From positions 8,308,001-8,372,000 of the forward strand of contig NC_092672.1 in assembly GCF_964355755.1 (NCBI RefSeq): 64,000 nt of DNA, written 5' to 3'. Positions within the stretch are counted from its first letter, which is position 1. The number at the start of each line of letters is the position of its first letter. Below the pieces are notes generated by a model that did no database searches, had not been told where the DNA came from, and saw nothing but the letters and a program-made list of their open reading frames with translations. Both the position numbers and the translations under genes were made by a program. Below are positions 42,914 through 54,504 of this stretch, in pieces. Source of the DNA: Antedon mediterranea. Lineage: Eukaryota; Animalia; Echinodermata.

Positions 42914-44175
42914 CTGTCTATACTATCAAACTAGTTTGACAACAAAAGTGTGATGTGCCCAAATATGGTAGTGATATGACATCATCATGTCCATATATGG
43001 GCACATTAACATTTTTTGTCACACAAAGTTTGATAGTGTAAACAGAGCTTTATAAATGAAATAAAAGATCTGCTCTAATCAGTCTTTGTTATAAACCCTC
43101 TGTCAATAAGAAAAATAAGCCATTGATTTTTAATGTGTACTTATTCATCATGTCAGTGTCAACATTCTGATGCCATTGCTGTTGATAGAAAACAATTAAA
43201 TGCACAGGGTATGCTATATATCTTTTTTATTCCATATTGAAAAAAATGGTATGAGTAGAAAAAATACTTATATTTCGTCATGAAATTAGAATTCCAATTT
43301 TGCATACATTATTAATTTTATTATTCATTTTTAATATTCATTATTTATGAAAAAAATGAAATGATATGTATTCTGTCGTAATATTAGTATTCATGAATGT
43401 TGTGTTACCCAACACCACCACCTGTAGTTCGGATTTCCCAATTTCCGGTATTTTACACGACCATGAAAATGGAATTTCCACAGCAAGCACCGAATAGAGT
43501 ACACTGTACGTGACGTGTGTAATAAAGTTGACGTTTATATTTCACAAAAGAGTCAATTTCTAAACACTATATAGAAACACACTTTCGTTGAAATACTGAA
43601 ACGGTTATATGTACGACACTGCTCAATTTCTTTAAGGTAATATATACATATGTCAATACTTTATTTGAAAATACTGTACTTCTTTAGACTAATTATAGCT
43701 AGGCCTAGGCCAAGTTGCTCTAGCAAGGAGGTGTCGGGCGTGATGTGAAAAGCACGTGGTGAATACCATCACAAAAGTGGTCCCAGAATGCCCATTCGTT
43801 GATAAACATGGGCCTACAGGCTATCTATAGACTTATTAACTATACCTTATTAGGCCTAGCCTCTAGACAGACTTGTTTGTTTATAATAATGTGTTTGTGT
43901 GTTTAATTAGTTTGTGCAGGGAGTTTACAACTCCCTGGTTTGTGTGATGTAATCTGCAAATTTGTTTTTGTCAGACATGTATTTTTTTATAAAAGAGGGT
44001 TGGCGGGGCCGGGGGCGGCCGGGGAGGAGGTTGAGGTCCTTATTTTTGCTTGATGAAAAAATGACGCACATGTAGTCGACCCCTCCATTTTGTCTTCAAA
44101 TTCACCCTACTCTCATCTTGTACAGTAATACATTGATTCTATTTTGTCCATCAGTTGTCACGCGTGCATTTGAAG

Positions 44176-47100
44176 ATGTTTTATGATGACGACGATGATA
44201 CAATTCTGCCATTTCTGTCTCTCGGACCGTATTTGATGAGACGAAAAATACAAGAAGAAATGAACAAGAAAGAAGTAGGCCGAGTTTATATTCTAGTTTT
44301 AATTAGTTTACTTTTAGCTTAAATCATAATGTAGCAGTTCCGCAACCAAGATAATTAAAGTGGTGCAGTATTCCCCCTGTGTGGGTCACAGGGTTGTCAA
44401 AAGTCTCTGTTAAAAAGTGGTCATGGTGAAACCTTACCTGTACGAATTTTACTGGTGGCTGTGTCCGGTGTAGTATTTTGAATACATGTTTGTTATTAAG
44501 GGCCTGTTTCTATAGAGCAGAGAATACGGTTTTGAATACCGTTCTTTTCAAGAACCGTTTTTTCTTGCCAGCAGAAATGGGTCCCCACAAAAAACCACAA
44601 AAAAGAACCGATCTTAAAAACGGTTTCAAAAACCCCAATTGATTGCGGTCTCGATCGCAAAGAACCGTTCTGAAACCGGTTTCCGCGGAGCAATTTTTAG
44701 CTGCAACACAATCGCGGTCTCAATTTGACCCCAAAAACTGAACTCTGCAGTCTGCTGCACTGGGATGATTGCGGTCATCTCGCAGTCAAACTCGCGCGAT
44801 AGGACCTAGGCCTAAGTCATTTTTATTTCTCTAGATAGTGAGTATTTTATTTAACTAAAAAATGTTGACCGATGCCATTACGAGGTTCGTAAAAAATATG
44901 TGAAGGAAAGAAGATGAGGGGACTTGTCGGGAGTCGGAAGAAAGACTCACGTATAGGCCTACATGTTTTTAAGAATATTGTAAAGCGTGTGAAAAATAGA
45001 CGAGTTCAACTTGACAATATCAGAGGGTGCGACGTACCTATACTTTAACCAAGGACCACAATAACGTTTCAGGTAATAATTCCCCTTCTATGATGAAATG
45101 GATGCTATTTCTTGGGGATCGCGCTATGCGAAAAAAAGTAAACATGACCTCGATCAAATCGCGCTTCCGCCTAACGAACTGCATTGTGGTGTATATAATG
45201 ACGTCATTCATAACGAACGCACATGGACGGAACCGGTTTTATTGGAGTAAAAATTGAGCTGCAACGCGATCTTTATTTATTAAACAACAGCCGAAACCGG
45301 TTTCCAAAAAACCGTTCTTTTTTTATTTTTCAATAGAAACAGGCCCTAAGTGTTTTATAATAATAGTCCTCAAATGAAATACAATATCCCACAAACGACT
45401 GAAAAAATGTAAACGCTATAGTGCTGCCATGAGTCTTTATGATCAGAGTTCATCTATCAGTATTATTTTATTTCTTGGTCCCTTTTAGTTAGATAAACCA
45501 TGGAGGAAAAAATAATAATAATAAATTAATAATAATAAACAAAACAATCTCAAATAATTATCATTATACACTCAGGAAGAAGAAGCATCAACGAGCAGGA
45601 AGATGAAGAATAAGCCGACTGATTCTATTGTAATTAAAGTTGGTGTGTCAATGGGGAGATTCTTTAATAAAAAGGAGCTGAGTGATGTCAAGTTAAAGGT
45701 AAGTATATGCATTAGTTCTCCAGTAAGTTAAACAATAACAATGTATTTAAGAACACTCACTTCGTTGCTTAACAAAACGTTAATAAATTCCATTTTATGC
45801 CAGACTAAAAATGATTGTGGTCACAGTAGCGAGCTTCCGTGTCGATACTGTAGATGAAAGAGAAGGAATGAATGGAACAACGGTTGAATTATTGTCCATT
45901 AAGGTACCCTTATATCGACATGTAACTCAACTGTGTCGACGTAAGCGCTCCAAGCAACTGAACGCAACTGACAGGCACACAAAAAATGTCAACATAAGCT
46001 TAGTTGCTTTCTGTCGCCCATGTTCTACTTTTCCGGAACTGAAAACTTTGAATCGAGTCACGTGCAGTGTAGGTAACCGCGACCAGTTTGATTTTACCAA
46101 AAAAAACGTTCACGCATACTGATTCCTCTATACAACTACATTGCGCTGTAAGTTAACCACAATTAGTTACAATCAGTTCCAGTGTCGGCATAAGCACTTG
46201 CACACTGGTTCCTTTCAGTTGAGTTCCATGTGGACATAAAGGGCCCCTTAAGTCAAAGTGATTTATTATGATTATTTAATATGTATTGCATACCACTTAA
46301 AAGAATGATTCTATTGTATCTGGATAAGTAGTAGCAAGAGCGATATTCAGTAGACCTTAACTCCCAATGTTTCTCATAATGTATTGTATGTATTTTTTAA
46401 AGGTTGGTGATAAAGTCTTTGATGCACACAAGATAGTTGTAGTGTCTGCAAGCGACGTCTTTGAAGCAATGCTGATGAATGAAAAATGGCAGGAGGCAAG
46501 CAAGCAAGAGATTGAACTGCAAGATGACAACGCTGAAGACTTTGCAATGGTTCTTAAGTTCCTTTACACTGGAAGGATATGTCTTCACATCAAAAAGATC
46601 ATGTCTGTGTATCACATAGCTGATAAATACAATCTAAAAGTACTAAAGCTGGCTCTATGCAAATTCCTTCATAAATTTGTGACTCAACGTAAGCAGCAGG
46701 GAAAACTCACCTGCCCAGAAGCCATTGCAATTTGCAACGCATTTGAATCCGACACGCTGATGCATCCTGGGTTGAAATCTGTCATACAGTGGATTGGAAC
46801 AAATTTCAACAATTTCATAAAGAGTAGTGAATGGGAAAGCCTTCCGAGAAGAACCATTCTGATGATTCTGCAAAAAGATGAAATTGGTGACAATGAGCAG
46901 AAGATCTTCGCAGCAGCAAAGAGGTGGTTGCAGTACGATGACTCGCGTACTGAAACACCAGAACTCATCTTCGAAGTACTGCAGCACGTTCGACTGACGA
47001 TTCTCTCTGCGAGGGACTTGTATACTATAGAAAACGACCCTATCGTAATAAGATGCCCTCAGATGGTGAAACTTGTTTCCGACACTATACGGCGAAAGTT

Positions 47101-47281
47101 TTATGAAGGTGTGCCCAACTTTATAGGTGAAAGTGTAAAACCAAAATGGCTGAAGCGTCGTGAAAGAAATTACTCCAACCCCCCCTCATGCGAAGTGTCA
47201 TTCTCTTATGGCTGTTACTATGGTGATGATGATGACTACTTTGATGATGAAGACGAAGACTACTCCGATAACGAATGGTAA
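44176..47281 (+). CDS. BTB/POZ-BACK domain protein without Kelch repeats (~366 aa); exons 44176-44274, 45576-45698, 46403-47281
   Basis: FNKKELSDVKLK/VGDKVFDAHKIVVVSASDVFEAML..W.EASKQEIEL.D..F..VLKFLYTG..ADKYNL is the BTB domain. NFNNFIKSSEWESL..IL..D..EQKIFAAAKRWLQYD..VLQHVRL is the BACK domain; an acidic tail follows. The first exon is inferred from phase-0 splice compatibility; the alternative start is ATG 45603. Confidence 0.85.
44500..45346. mobile_element. PIF/Harbinger-like non-autonomous element
   Basis: TAA-GGGCCTGTTTCTAT ... ATAGAAACAGGCCC-TAA: a 14-bp TIR with a 3-bp TAA TSD and subterminal AACCG(G)TT repeats. Confidence 0.85.
45903..46247. mobile_element. Diverged TIR MITE flanked by TTAA
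   Basis: GGTACCCTTATATCGACATGTAACTCAACTG compared with the reverse complement of the right end, GGGGCCCTTTATGTCCACATGGAACTCAACTG; TTAA on both flanks. Confidence 0.65.
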
Positions 47282-47932
47282 TAGGCCTAGTTAGTAGACT
47301 GCTACCAAATTATCCTACCATAGTGATTGCACTATAACGACTCCCAATAATGTCCATGCAGTATCATACCCAAATTCTGTAATACAGTGTTAAATGTGAC
47401 ATCTGTATCATAGGCCCTAACCTTAACATGCTGTAATACAGGTATCATATGTGATACCGTATGTCACTGTATTACAGAATTTGCATATGATACAGGATGT
47501 ATTATCCCGAATACAGAGAATCGATGAAATATTGCCTTTTGTTGTTACGTTATACTCTTTGTACATAGCCTACTTAAAATGCTATGTAAGTATCTTTTAG
47601 TTATCTATTATTGGTTATCTTTTTATTATCTATTTTTACGCAAATTCATGATTTTTACTGTCTGTTTAAAGAGAGATGTGATTTCAGACATGTTTTAAAG
47701 TAACTTTCTTACATTAAATATATAATCCAAATTCTACCAAGTATCACATTATTGTCCATAAGAAATTAATGTATTTGAATTGAGCCAACTGTTGTTATTC
47801 TGCCTACCTTGGTATCACAAAAAAACTATTATCACAATAATTATAATAAACTATAACACATTGTTTTACAAGATGTGCATATTTGATCAGGTTTGTATTT
47901 TAAACCTGAGTAACACTTGGCCTAAGCGTGTA

Positions 47933-48113
47933 AGGCTTGGTTCCCACTAGAACGTAATGCAAGGACGTAAACGCAACGCAAGCGTTTTAACCAATGACAA
48001 GCGAAGTTATAGACAGTTAGCAATCACAAGCGAATAAGCCATCGCTTGTGATTAGTCAATTCACTTGCGTTGCGTTACGTCCTTGTATTACGTCGCTAGT
48101 GGGAACCAAGCAT
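47933..48113. mobile_element. ~180-bp foldback MITE (family C)
   Basis: GCTTGGTTCCCACTAG ... CTAGTGGGAACCAAGC TIRs. Related pieces lie at ~10935-11270 and ~19451-19520. Confidence 0.75.
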
Positions 48114-49189
48114 TACTGTCATAGTATAATGTGCATGACAATATTCTGTAATATATTTTAAGTAAACTATAATTTTCATATAATCTACTTCAAATTTAAA
48201 AACAATAATTTTCGTAGCTGTGAAAAATAAAATACTATTTATAATAGTATGGAGTTGACTAGATTTCACATTTTATTGTAGCTTTAATTTTGTTTCTGTA
48301 GTACTAAAAAAAAATTTGTTTATGTATTAAACCTACAAATCCTTTTTGTTTGTAATTTAAAGTTGTATTTAGAAGTGTTAATAAAAGAAAAGTTGTTTGT
48401 TTTAATCTTGGTGTATTTGTTTTTTGTTTTCAAGCCCATCCAAATATATTTCGTGATTGATTCAAGTTCAAATCAAATGTTGACCAAAAGTTGATTGTTC
48501 ATCTTTTACGATATTATAATTCTGAAGAAAAAGGAACTCCAATGATATTATGTACCATCTCAGTGGCTGTAAACCCAAGTCTTGATTATTTTAAATGTGA
48601 ATTCATTGTAGATACAGATTTTTGTTTTTATTTATTCAGGTATAACAATTTTACAAAAAGTAGACAAAGGTCTGAAGATATGTTATTACAAAGATTAAAA
48701 CATTAAATTGACGGATCAAAAGTAGACAAATTCACATCAAAACTACAAAATAAAATTGAAAAAAAAAACATTAAAATGTAACAATATTGCAAGGTTATTA
48801 AATTACTTATACCTTTCCCACATATTGATCTTAATTTTTTAATTAAATTATATATTTTTAATAGATTTTTAAGATGAATGATTATGATGAATTTCATCGC
48901 AGTAGATCAAGCAGTTACAAGACGTTTATTAATGGTTTAAACTACGATATGCTATACACAAAATAATGACACAAAGTTTGAAAATTTAATTTATAGATAA
49001 CATGAAAATTGAACTGAAAATTAATTGATAGGCCTACCAAAAATACGGAAGTGCATTTCATTTAAGTATTAATTACCAGTTATTAATTTCAAGTTGGTTC
49101 TCAAATTACTGTTCCACTTTTATATAATGTTGAAAGAAAAGTGTGTGTTCATTTACTAACTTTGGATCGTTTTGGTATCATCTCTCATT

Positions 49190-50179
49190 ATGTCGTATGT
49201 TAATGTCTTCTGTTATGTCTTACTTTTATCAAGGATGTGCTCGAGTACAGGTAGTGCAGGGTTTAATATTATGTATCCTGCCCCAATTAATGATATCTCC
49301 AGTAGGCCTACCAAAACGTTAAACGGTGATGAACTCTTGACTCCAGAGAAATTGGACAAGCGAATGTTTCCAGAGGCATTAAATACACGTATGTATCCAG
49401 AGGCGTTATTAAATAAACGCATGTATCCAGAAGCATTAAATAAACGCATGTTTCCAGAGGCGTTATCGGACAAACGCATGTTTCCAGAGGCTTTCTTGGA
49501 TAAACGCATGTATCCAGAGGCGTTATTGGACAAACGAATGTTTCCAGAGGCGTTATTGGAATTGGATAAACGCATGTTTCCAGAGGCGTTTTTGGATAAA
49601 CTCATGTATCCAGAGGCATTAACTAAACGCATGTATCCAGAGGCATTATTGGATAAACGCATGTTTCCAGAGGCTTTATTGGATAAACGCATGTATCCAG
49701 AGGCGTTATCGGATAAACGCATGTTTCCAGAGGCGTTATCGGACAAACGCATGTTTCCAGAGGCGTTATTAAATAAACGCATGTTTCCAGAGGCGTTATT
49801 AGATAAACGCATGTTTCCAGAGGCGTTATTGGACAAACGCATGTTTCCAGAGGCGTTATTAAATAAACGCATGTTTCCAGAGGCGTTATTAGATAAACGC
49901 ATGTTTCCAGAGGCGTTATTGGACAAACGCATGTTTCCAGAGGCGTTATTGGACAAACGCATGTTTCCAGAGGCGTTATTAAATAAACGCATGTTTCCAG
50001 AGGCGTTATTAGATAAACGCATGTTTCCAGAGGCGTTATTGGACAAACGCATGTTTCCAGAGGCGTTATTGGACAAACGCATGTTTCCAGAGGCGTTATT
50101 GGACAAACACATATTATTTCCAGAAGCGTCATTGGACAAACGAATGTTTCCAGAGGCCTTAAATAATGAACAATCGTGA
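49190..50179 (+). CDS. Secreted multi-copy peptide precursor (neuropeptide/pheromone-like prepropeptide, 329 aa) with 27 M(F/Y)PEAL-type units
   Basis: First ATG at 49190 (the ORF track starts at an upstream TTG). An N-terminal hydrophobic stretch VNVFCYVLLL..CSS and a ~40-aa pro-region precede 27 units, mostly bounded by KR. TATATAA lies at ~49121 and AATAAA at 50312. Many inter-repeat differences are synonymous in this frame. Confidence 0.85.
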   Translation: MSYVNVFCYVLLLSRMCSSTGSAGFNIMYPAPINDISSRPTKTLNGDELLTPEKLDKRMFPEALNTRMYPEALLNKRMYPEALNKRMFPEALSDKRMFPEAFLDKRMYPEALLDKRMFPEALLELDKRMFPEAFLDKLMYPEALTKRMYPEALLDKRMFPEALLDKRMYPEALSDKRMFPEALSDKRMFPEALLNKRMFPEALLDKRMFPEALLDKRMFPEALLNKRMFPEALLDKRMFPEALLDKRMFPEALLDKRMFPEALLNKRMFPEALLDKRMFPEALLDKRMFPEALLDKRMFPEALLDKHILFPEASLDKRMFPEALNNEQS

Positions 50180-50399
50180 ATTTTTGTACAATTGTGTTGA
50201 CTGAACATTCTCATTAGAAGTATTCTTTAATCGTACTTAATTTATTATCTTACCATTTGCTCACTATCGCGTGCCTCTATAATGAAGGTGTAATGTTCAA
50301 CTAATGAAATGAATAAAAATAAAATCAATAGTTAAGTAACATTTTTATTTCATTTACCGTAATTTTTTATAATTATTTACTTTTATTTTTTGCCCGTGA

Positions 50400-50588
50400 C
50401 GACATGCATGACCAATCAAGACACGCGCTAACTATCTGCAATAATACACTACCACCACCACCACTGTAAAAAAATAACTATATAGCGCCACCTATCACAC
50501 ACAAACTTTTTTAAGCAGACGACTTTGTGAAACATGTGTTCATTGTTGGCATTTTGTCTGAGATTCATTCATTTATGTATTAAAACAG
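50400..50588 (+). promoter_or_regulatory. Probable promoter and non-coding first exon of a further gene extending to the window end
   Basis: CCAAT at 50412, GCGCCACCT at 50485 and donor CAG|GTAATA at 50588/9, followed directly by a dense CTAG/TAGGCCTA tract like those in the first introns of the other genes here. Confidence 0.4.
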
Positions 50589-50663
50589 GTAATAATCTGA
50601 CTAGGAAGATTCAGTATTAGTTAAGAAAGTATGTATTCTACAGTAGAATTAAGATCTACAGTA

Positions 50664-51110
50664 CTAGGCTAGGCCTAGGCCTACTAGGCACATGCGTAAA
50701 TAGGACTAGCCTAGCTAGTAGTAGGCCTACTACTAGAGGCTAGGCCTAGCTAGGCCTACTAGGCTAGGCCTCTAGCTAGCTTGGTCCAGCAGGAGCAGCC
50801 TCTAGCTAGGCCTAGTTTATTTTAGGCCTAGCTAGGCCTACGCCTGTGAGTGTCTAACTAACTACTAAGACTAAAAGGCCTAACTAGGCCTAGGCCTACC
50901 TCTCTCTAGTAGGCCTCTAACTAGAGAAGAGAGGCCCACCCAGCAGGCCTAGGCCTAGCCGAATACAGCACAGAACTCAGTGGTGGGCCATCATTACGAT
51001 GACGCCTACCCCGGGCCCTGCTATAGTATAGACCTAACCTACTACTACTACTAGCTAGCTAGGGCCTACCTAGCCTATACAGGCATCTCTTTCTAGGTCT
51101 CTACTAGCCT
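50664..51110. repeat. Low-complexity tract of CTAG / TAGGCCTA palindromes
   Basis: Dozens of CTAG, AGGCCT and TAGGCCTAG words in ~450 bp. Confidence 0.85.
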
Positions 51111-51445
51111 AGCTGCGCCAGGCAGGTTATTAAGGCCAAATATGGTACGAAAAATAGCCTGGATGCAACTGTGTTGTGTTTATCAATCGATTATCATACT
51201 AAATTGACTTGTGTCTGAACTTTGAACATTTTTGTTAAAATCATTGCAGAAATACATAGGCCTAGGCCTAGATCAAAATTCATTATTTTTGTAATGTGTG
51301 AAAATATCATGAGCATGATGTTAGGCTGGTAGACAAGCCTAAAATATGTGAGTCTCTTGATGCAACTTTAATTCATCATTATTCATGTGATCATGGTAGC
51401 TGCTGCAGAGTAAGGATCGTCTCCCAATAATGTGATCATGGTAGT

Positions 51446-52540
51446 GGGGTGTCACGAAACCTAAGACCACGAAAGCTAAGACCCCCTAAGACCTAAAAGA
51501 TCACAAAAGCTAAGACCCAACACTAAGATTACAAATATTTATCTTTCGCACCTGCCTTGTATTTTAACTCCAAACATTTATTCTGAATAACACACCTTAG
51601 AATTGGCACTTTCATGAAAAAGAATCACATAAAAAGTAACAAATACATTTTTAAATTGATGATTTTACAGACGTTTTTCTCGCACACAAACTGACTAGCC
51701 TACAGTACAGGGTGGACCCAGTACAGTAGGCCTACCCCATGTTCAATGTTTTTGTTTCTATGGAACGTCAAAAGAGCAAACATTATATAGAGGGCTGGAA
51801 ACTCTGTGGAGTCCATCTACAGTGTGGATGGAACAATGTAAAATTAAAATTGTAATGATAATAGTATAATCATGCAAGTACGAAGAAATAAATACTGGCA
51901 AATAAATTTTAATTTAAAAATCATAAGTTTTTTTGTTTCGTTTTCTTTCTGTTTTTATACTTGTACTATTATTGTTGCTCTTTTGGCGCTCTATAGAAAC
52001 AAAAACATTGAGCATGGAGCTCGAGGAGTTACATTACAGTATACAAAGAAACACATCTGTAAAATCATCAATTTAAAGGATTTATTTATTTGTTATTAAT
52101 AAATTATGTGTTTCTCCTTCTGAAAGTACTTATAAGTCCTAATTTTAAAGTGTGGTGTTCAGGATAAAGTTAGTCAATAAATTTGGAGTCAAAATACAAG
52201 AAAGGCAGGTGCGTAAGAAAAACATCCTCTGAACCAACACAATGGAGTAAATATATACCAACAAACAACCCGTCAAGTTTGTTTGTTGTAAAGAAAAAAT
52301 ATACATTTACTCAACGGGCGAAAATAATGTGAGTTTATCTATGTTTTGCGGTAGTATTAAATTATATTTATGGTAATAAATTAAACCTACTGTGTTTAAA
52401 ATTATGTATGGATAAACAAGTATTCTTTTTAAGCTGTAGCATATCTTAGTATTTGTAATCTTAGGTGTTGGGTCTTAGCTTTCGTGATCTTAGGTCTTAG
52501 GGGGTCTTAGCTTTCGTGGTCTTAGGTTTCGTGACACCCC
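51446..52540. mobile_element. 1.1-kb foldback non-autonomous DNA transposon, 8-bp TSD
   Basis: ~95-bp TIR starting GGGGTGTCACGAAACCTAAGACCACGAAAGCTAAGACC; TSD ATGGTAGT (51438-51445, 52541-52548). Further internal inverted blocks occur (51738-51780 vs 51975-52017). Confidence 0.9.
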
Positions 52541-54504
52541 ATGGTAGTGGTGCTGCAGAGTAAGGGATTGGGTCTTGGTATAGTGTCCTTCACTACCAAG
52601 ACGGTTTTTCCACTATAAAGCATTGATGAAGACGCGAACATAATAATATTTTTCCAGCTGTATTTTTAATTTTGAATATGTGCAGAAAATGTCAACATTT
52701 TTGTGTGAATGGCAGATGCTTTATCAATTCCAACCAATCGTTTGCTTTGTTTTTCATGATTACAATTTTCCGGTCTTTCTCTGCATATTTTCTCAGCAGA
52801 TGTGGACAAATTGAACTCGCGTGCCCCTACCCCTCAGGCTCATCAAATTCCAATGATTGTTATTGATTTGTTTCTGAAGCAATGAACCAAAAAATTGGGG
52901 GGGATTAAAAAATGCTTGCTTGATAATTCTACTTGTAAAAGCCTGGAGCATTATTTAACCTATAGAGATATCAATGTAATCAGTAGATCACCTTACCTGT
53001 AATTGTAGTACAAAGGAGCTTAGTATTATTGAAATGTCACTGCAAGAGCAGCTGCAAGTGGCACAAAACAATTAGTTTATTTCTGGAGGAGGGTTAGTCT
53101 ACACCTCTGATCTCCATCGTTAAAATTGTTTGTATGGTATAAAACTCTTAATTCATTTAGTTTATTGGGACAAGTGTTGTCACTATCACTATGGATGAAT
53201 ATTTTGAAGCAAGTGAAAGACCGTATATCCATTCATATAGCAGGTAATAATTATTTTGACAGATTACTTTATTTTTTATGGTCCTGTTTCTGCTACGAAA
53301 AAATAACTGGTTCTTAACCCGATATGTGAATTAACCATGAATAAGTTAACCCCAATTTCTTTGGGCAGCAGAAACAGGAGAAATTTTCAATAACTGGTTA
53401 AATGGTAGCGGTTAAAAACAGTCAATCGATTCGGTGTTAGAACGCCATTTAACCCAGTTGTTTCTATGCAACTTTTAGCTGAATACACAAAATAAATGTT
53501 ATTTGATTGACAGCTGCTGACCTTGGTTTGAATTGACTGCCAAAACCCATTGCATCTAGCCAAATGCATAGTATTTTGTGAAGTTCCTTGATTAATGTTT
53601 ACATCTTGACTTGATACATTTTAGTACTTGTGTGTTTTTTTTTATAAATAAAACATTTATAAAGTTTTTACTTTAACAATTTGTATTGATGTAACATTTT
53701 AAGTACAATTACTGTATACACAGACAATTGTACTTAATTAATGAAAAAAGAAATAATTGTTGTGAAGAAACGCAATGAAGGTAACACATGTTTCGTTATT
53801 GATTTGATTGTAAAACACCTTTGACTGCATGGATCACTGACTTTACCATGAATATACCAAGTCGTTATAGCAGTATCTAATAGTCATTTGTTATGAGTGA
53901 GCGAAGCCTGTTGTAACGGATTCGTTGTACACTGTATTGTTGTTAAGTCGGCAGGTTGCCTTATTGTTTATAAACTGATTTATTAATACAGGTATGTTGC
54001 TGGATTGTAGTATATCATTTTCAAATTTATTTGTCACAACTGTTCTTTCATTATAATATATTAAATACTAGTAATAGTATATTATTTAATAGTATTACTG
54101 TACTGTATTTAATTAATGAAATGAGTTTGGAAATACCAATAATCATCTTGGAAATACCAGGCTATTATGTACTTTGTATACTGATTTTCGTTATTCATTA
54201 AATTTAATAATGGATTGCTTGCTTCCCCATTTGAGTAATTTTTATATAGTACAGTAGGTAGGTGCCAAATGTATAGTACGTCTTTAGCAGAAAGTTATCA
54301 TACAGCCTTCAGTAAATAATGTCCACACTGTACCCGTTTATGTTCATGATTTTATTATTGATTTAAATGAATAATGTGAAACTGCAAAGTACTGTACTGT
54401 TATCTTAGATCTTGAATAGAACTTTTACATATCATTATCAAGCAGAAGGTTCCCAGTTGGAATGGCTCTTTCTCATTCTTATAGACTTCCTCATCTTTAT
54501 GAGT

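Noticed and set aside
49355-50165. CRISPR-like appearance of the regular 30-bp repeats (also the 21-22-bp array at 42140-42490)
   Set aside because: They are head-to-tail repeats without unique spacers, there are no cas genes, and the context is spliceosomal eukaryotic DNA.
49213-50214. 333-aa (NNASGNMRLS)n and 169-aa antisense ORFs
   Set aside because: These are shadows of the 30-bp coding repeat. The + frame has the leader, KR sites, TATA/polyA context and synonymous-site variation.
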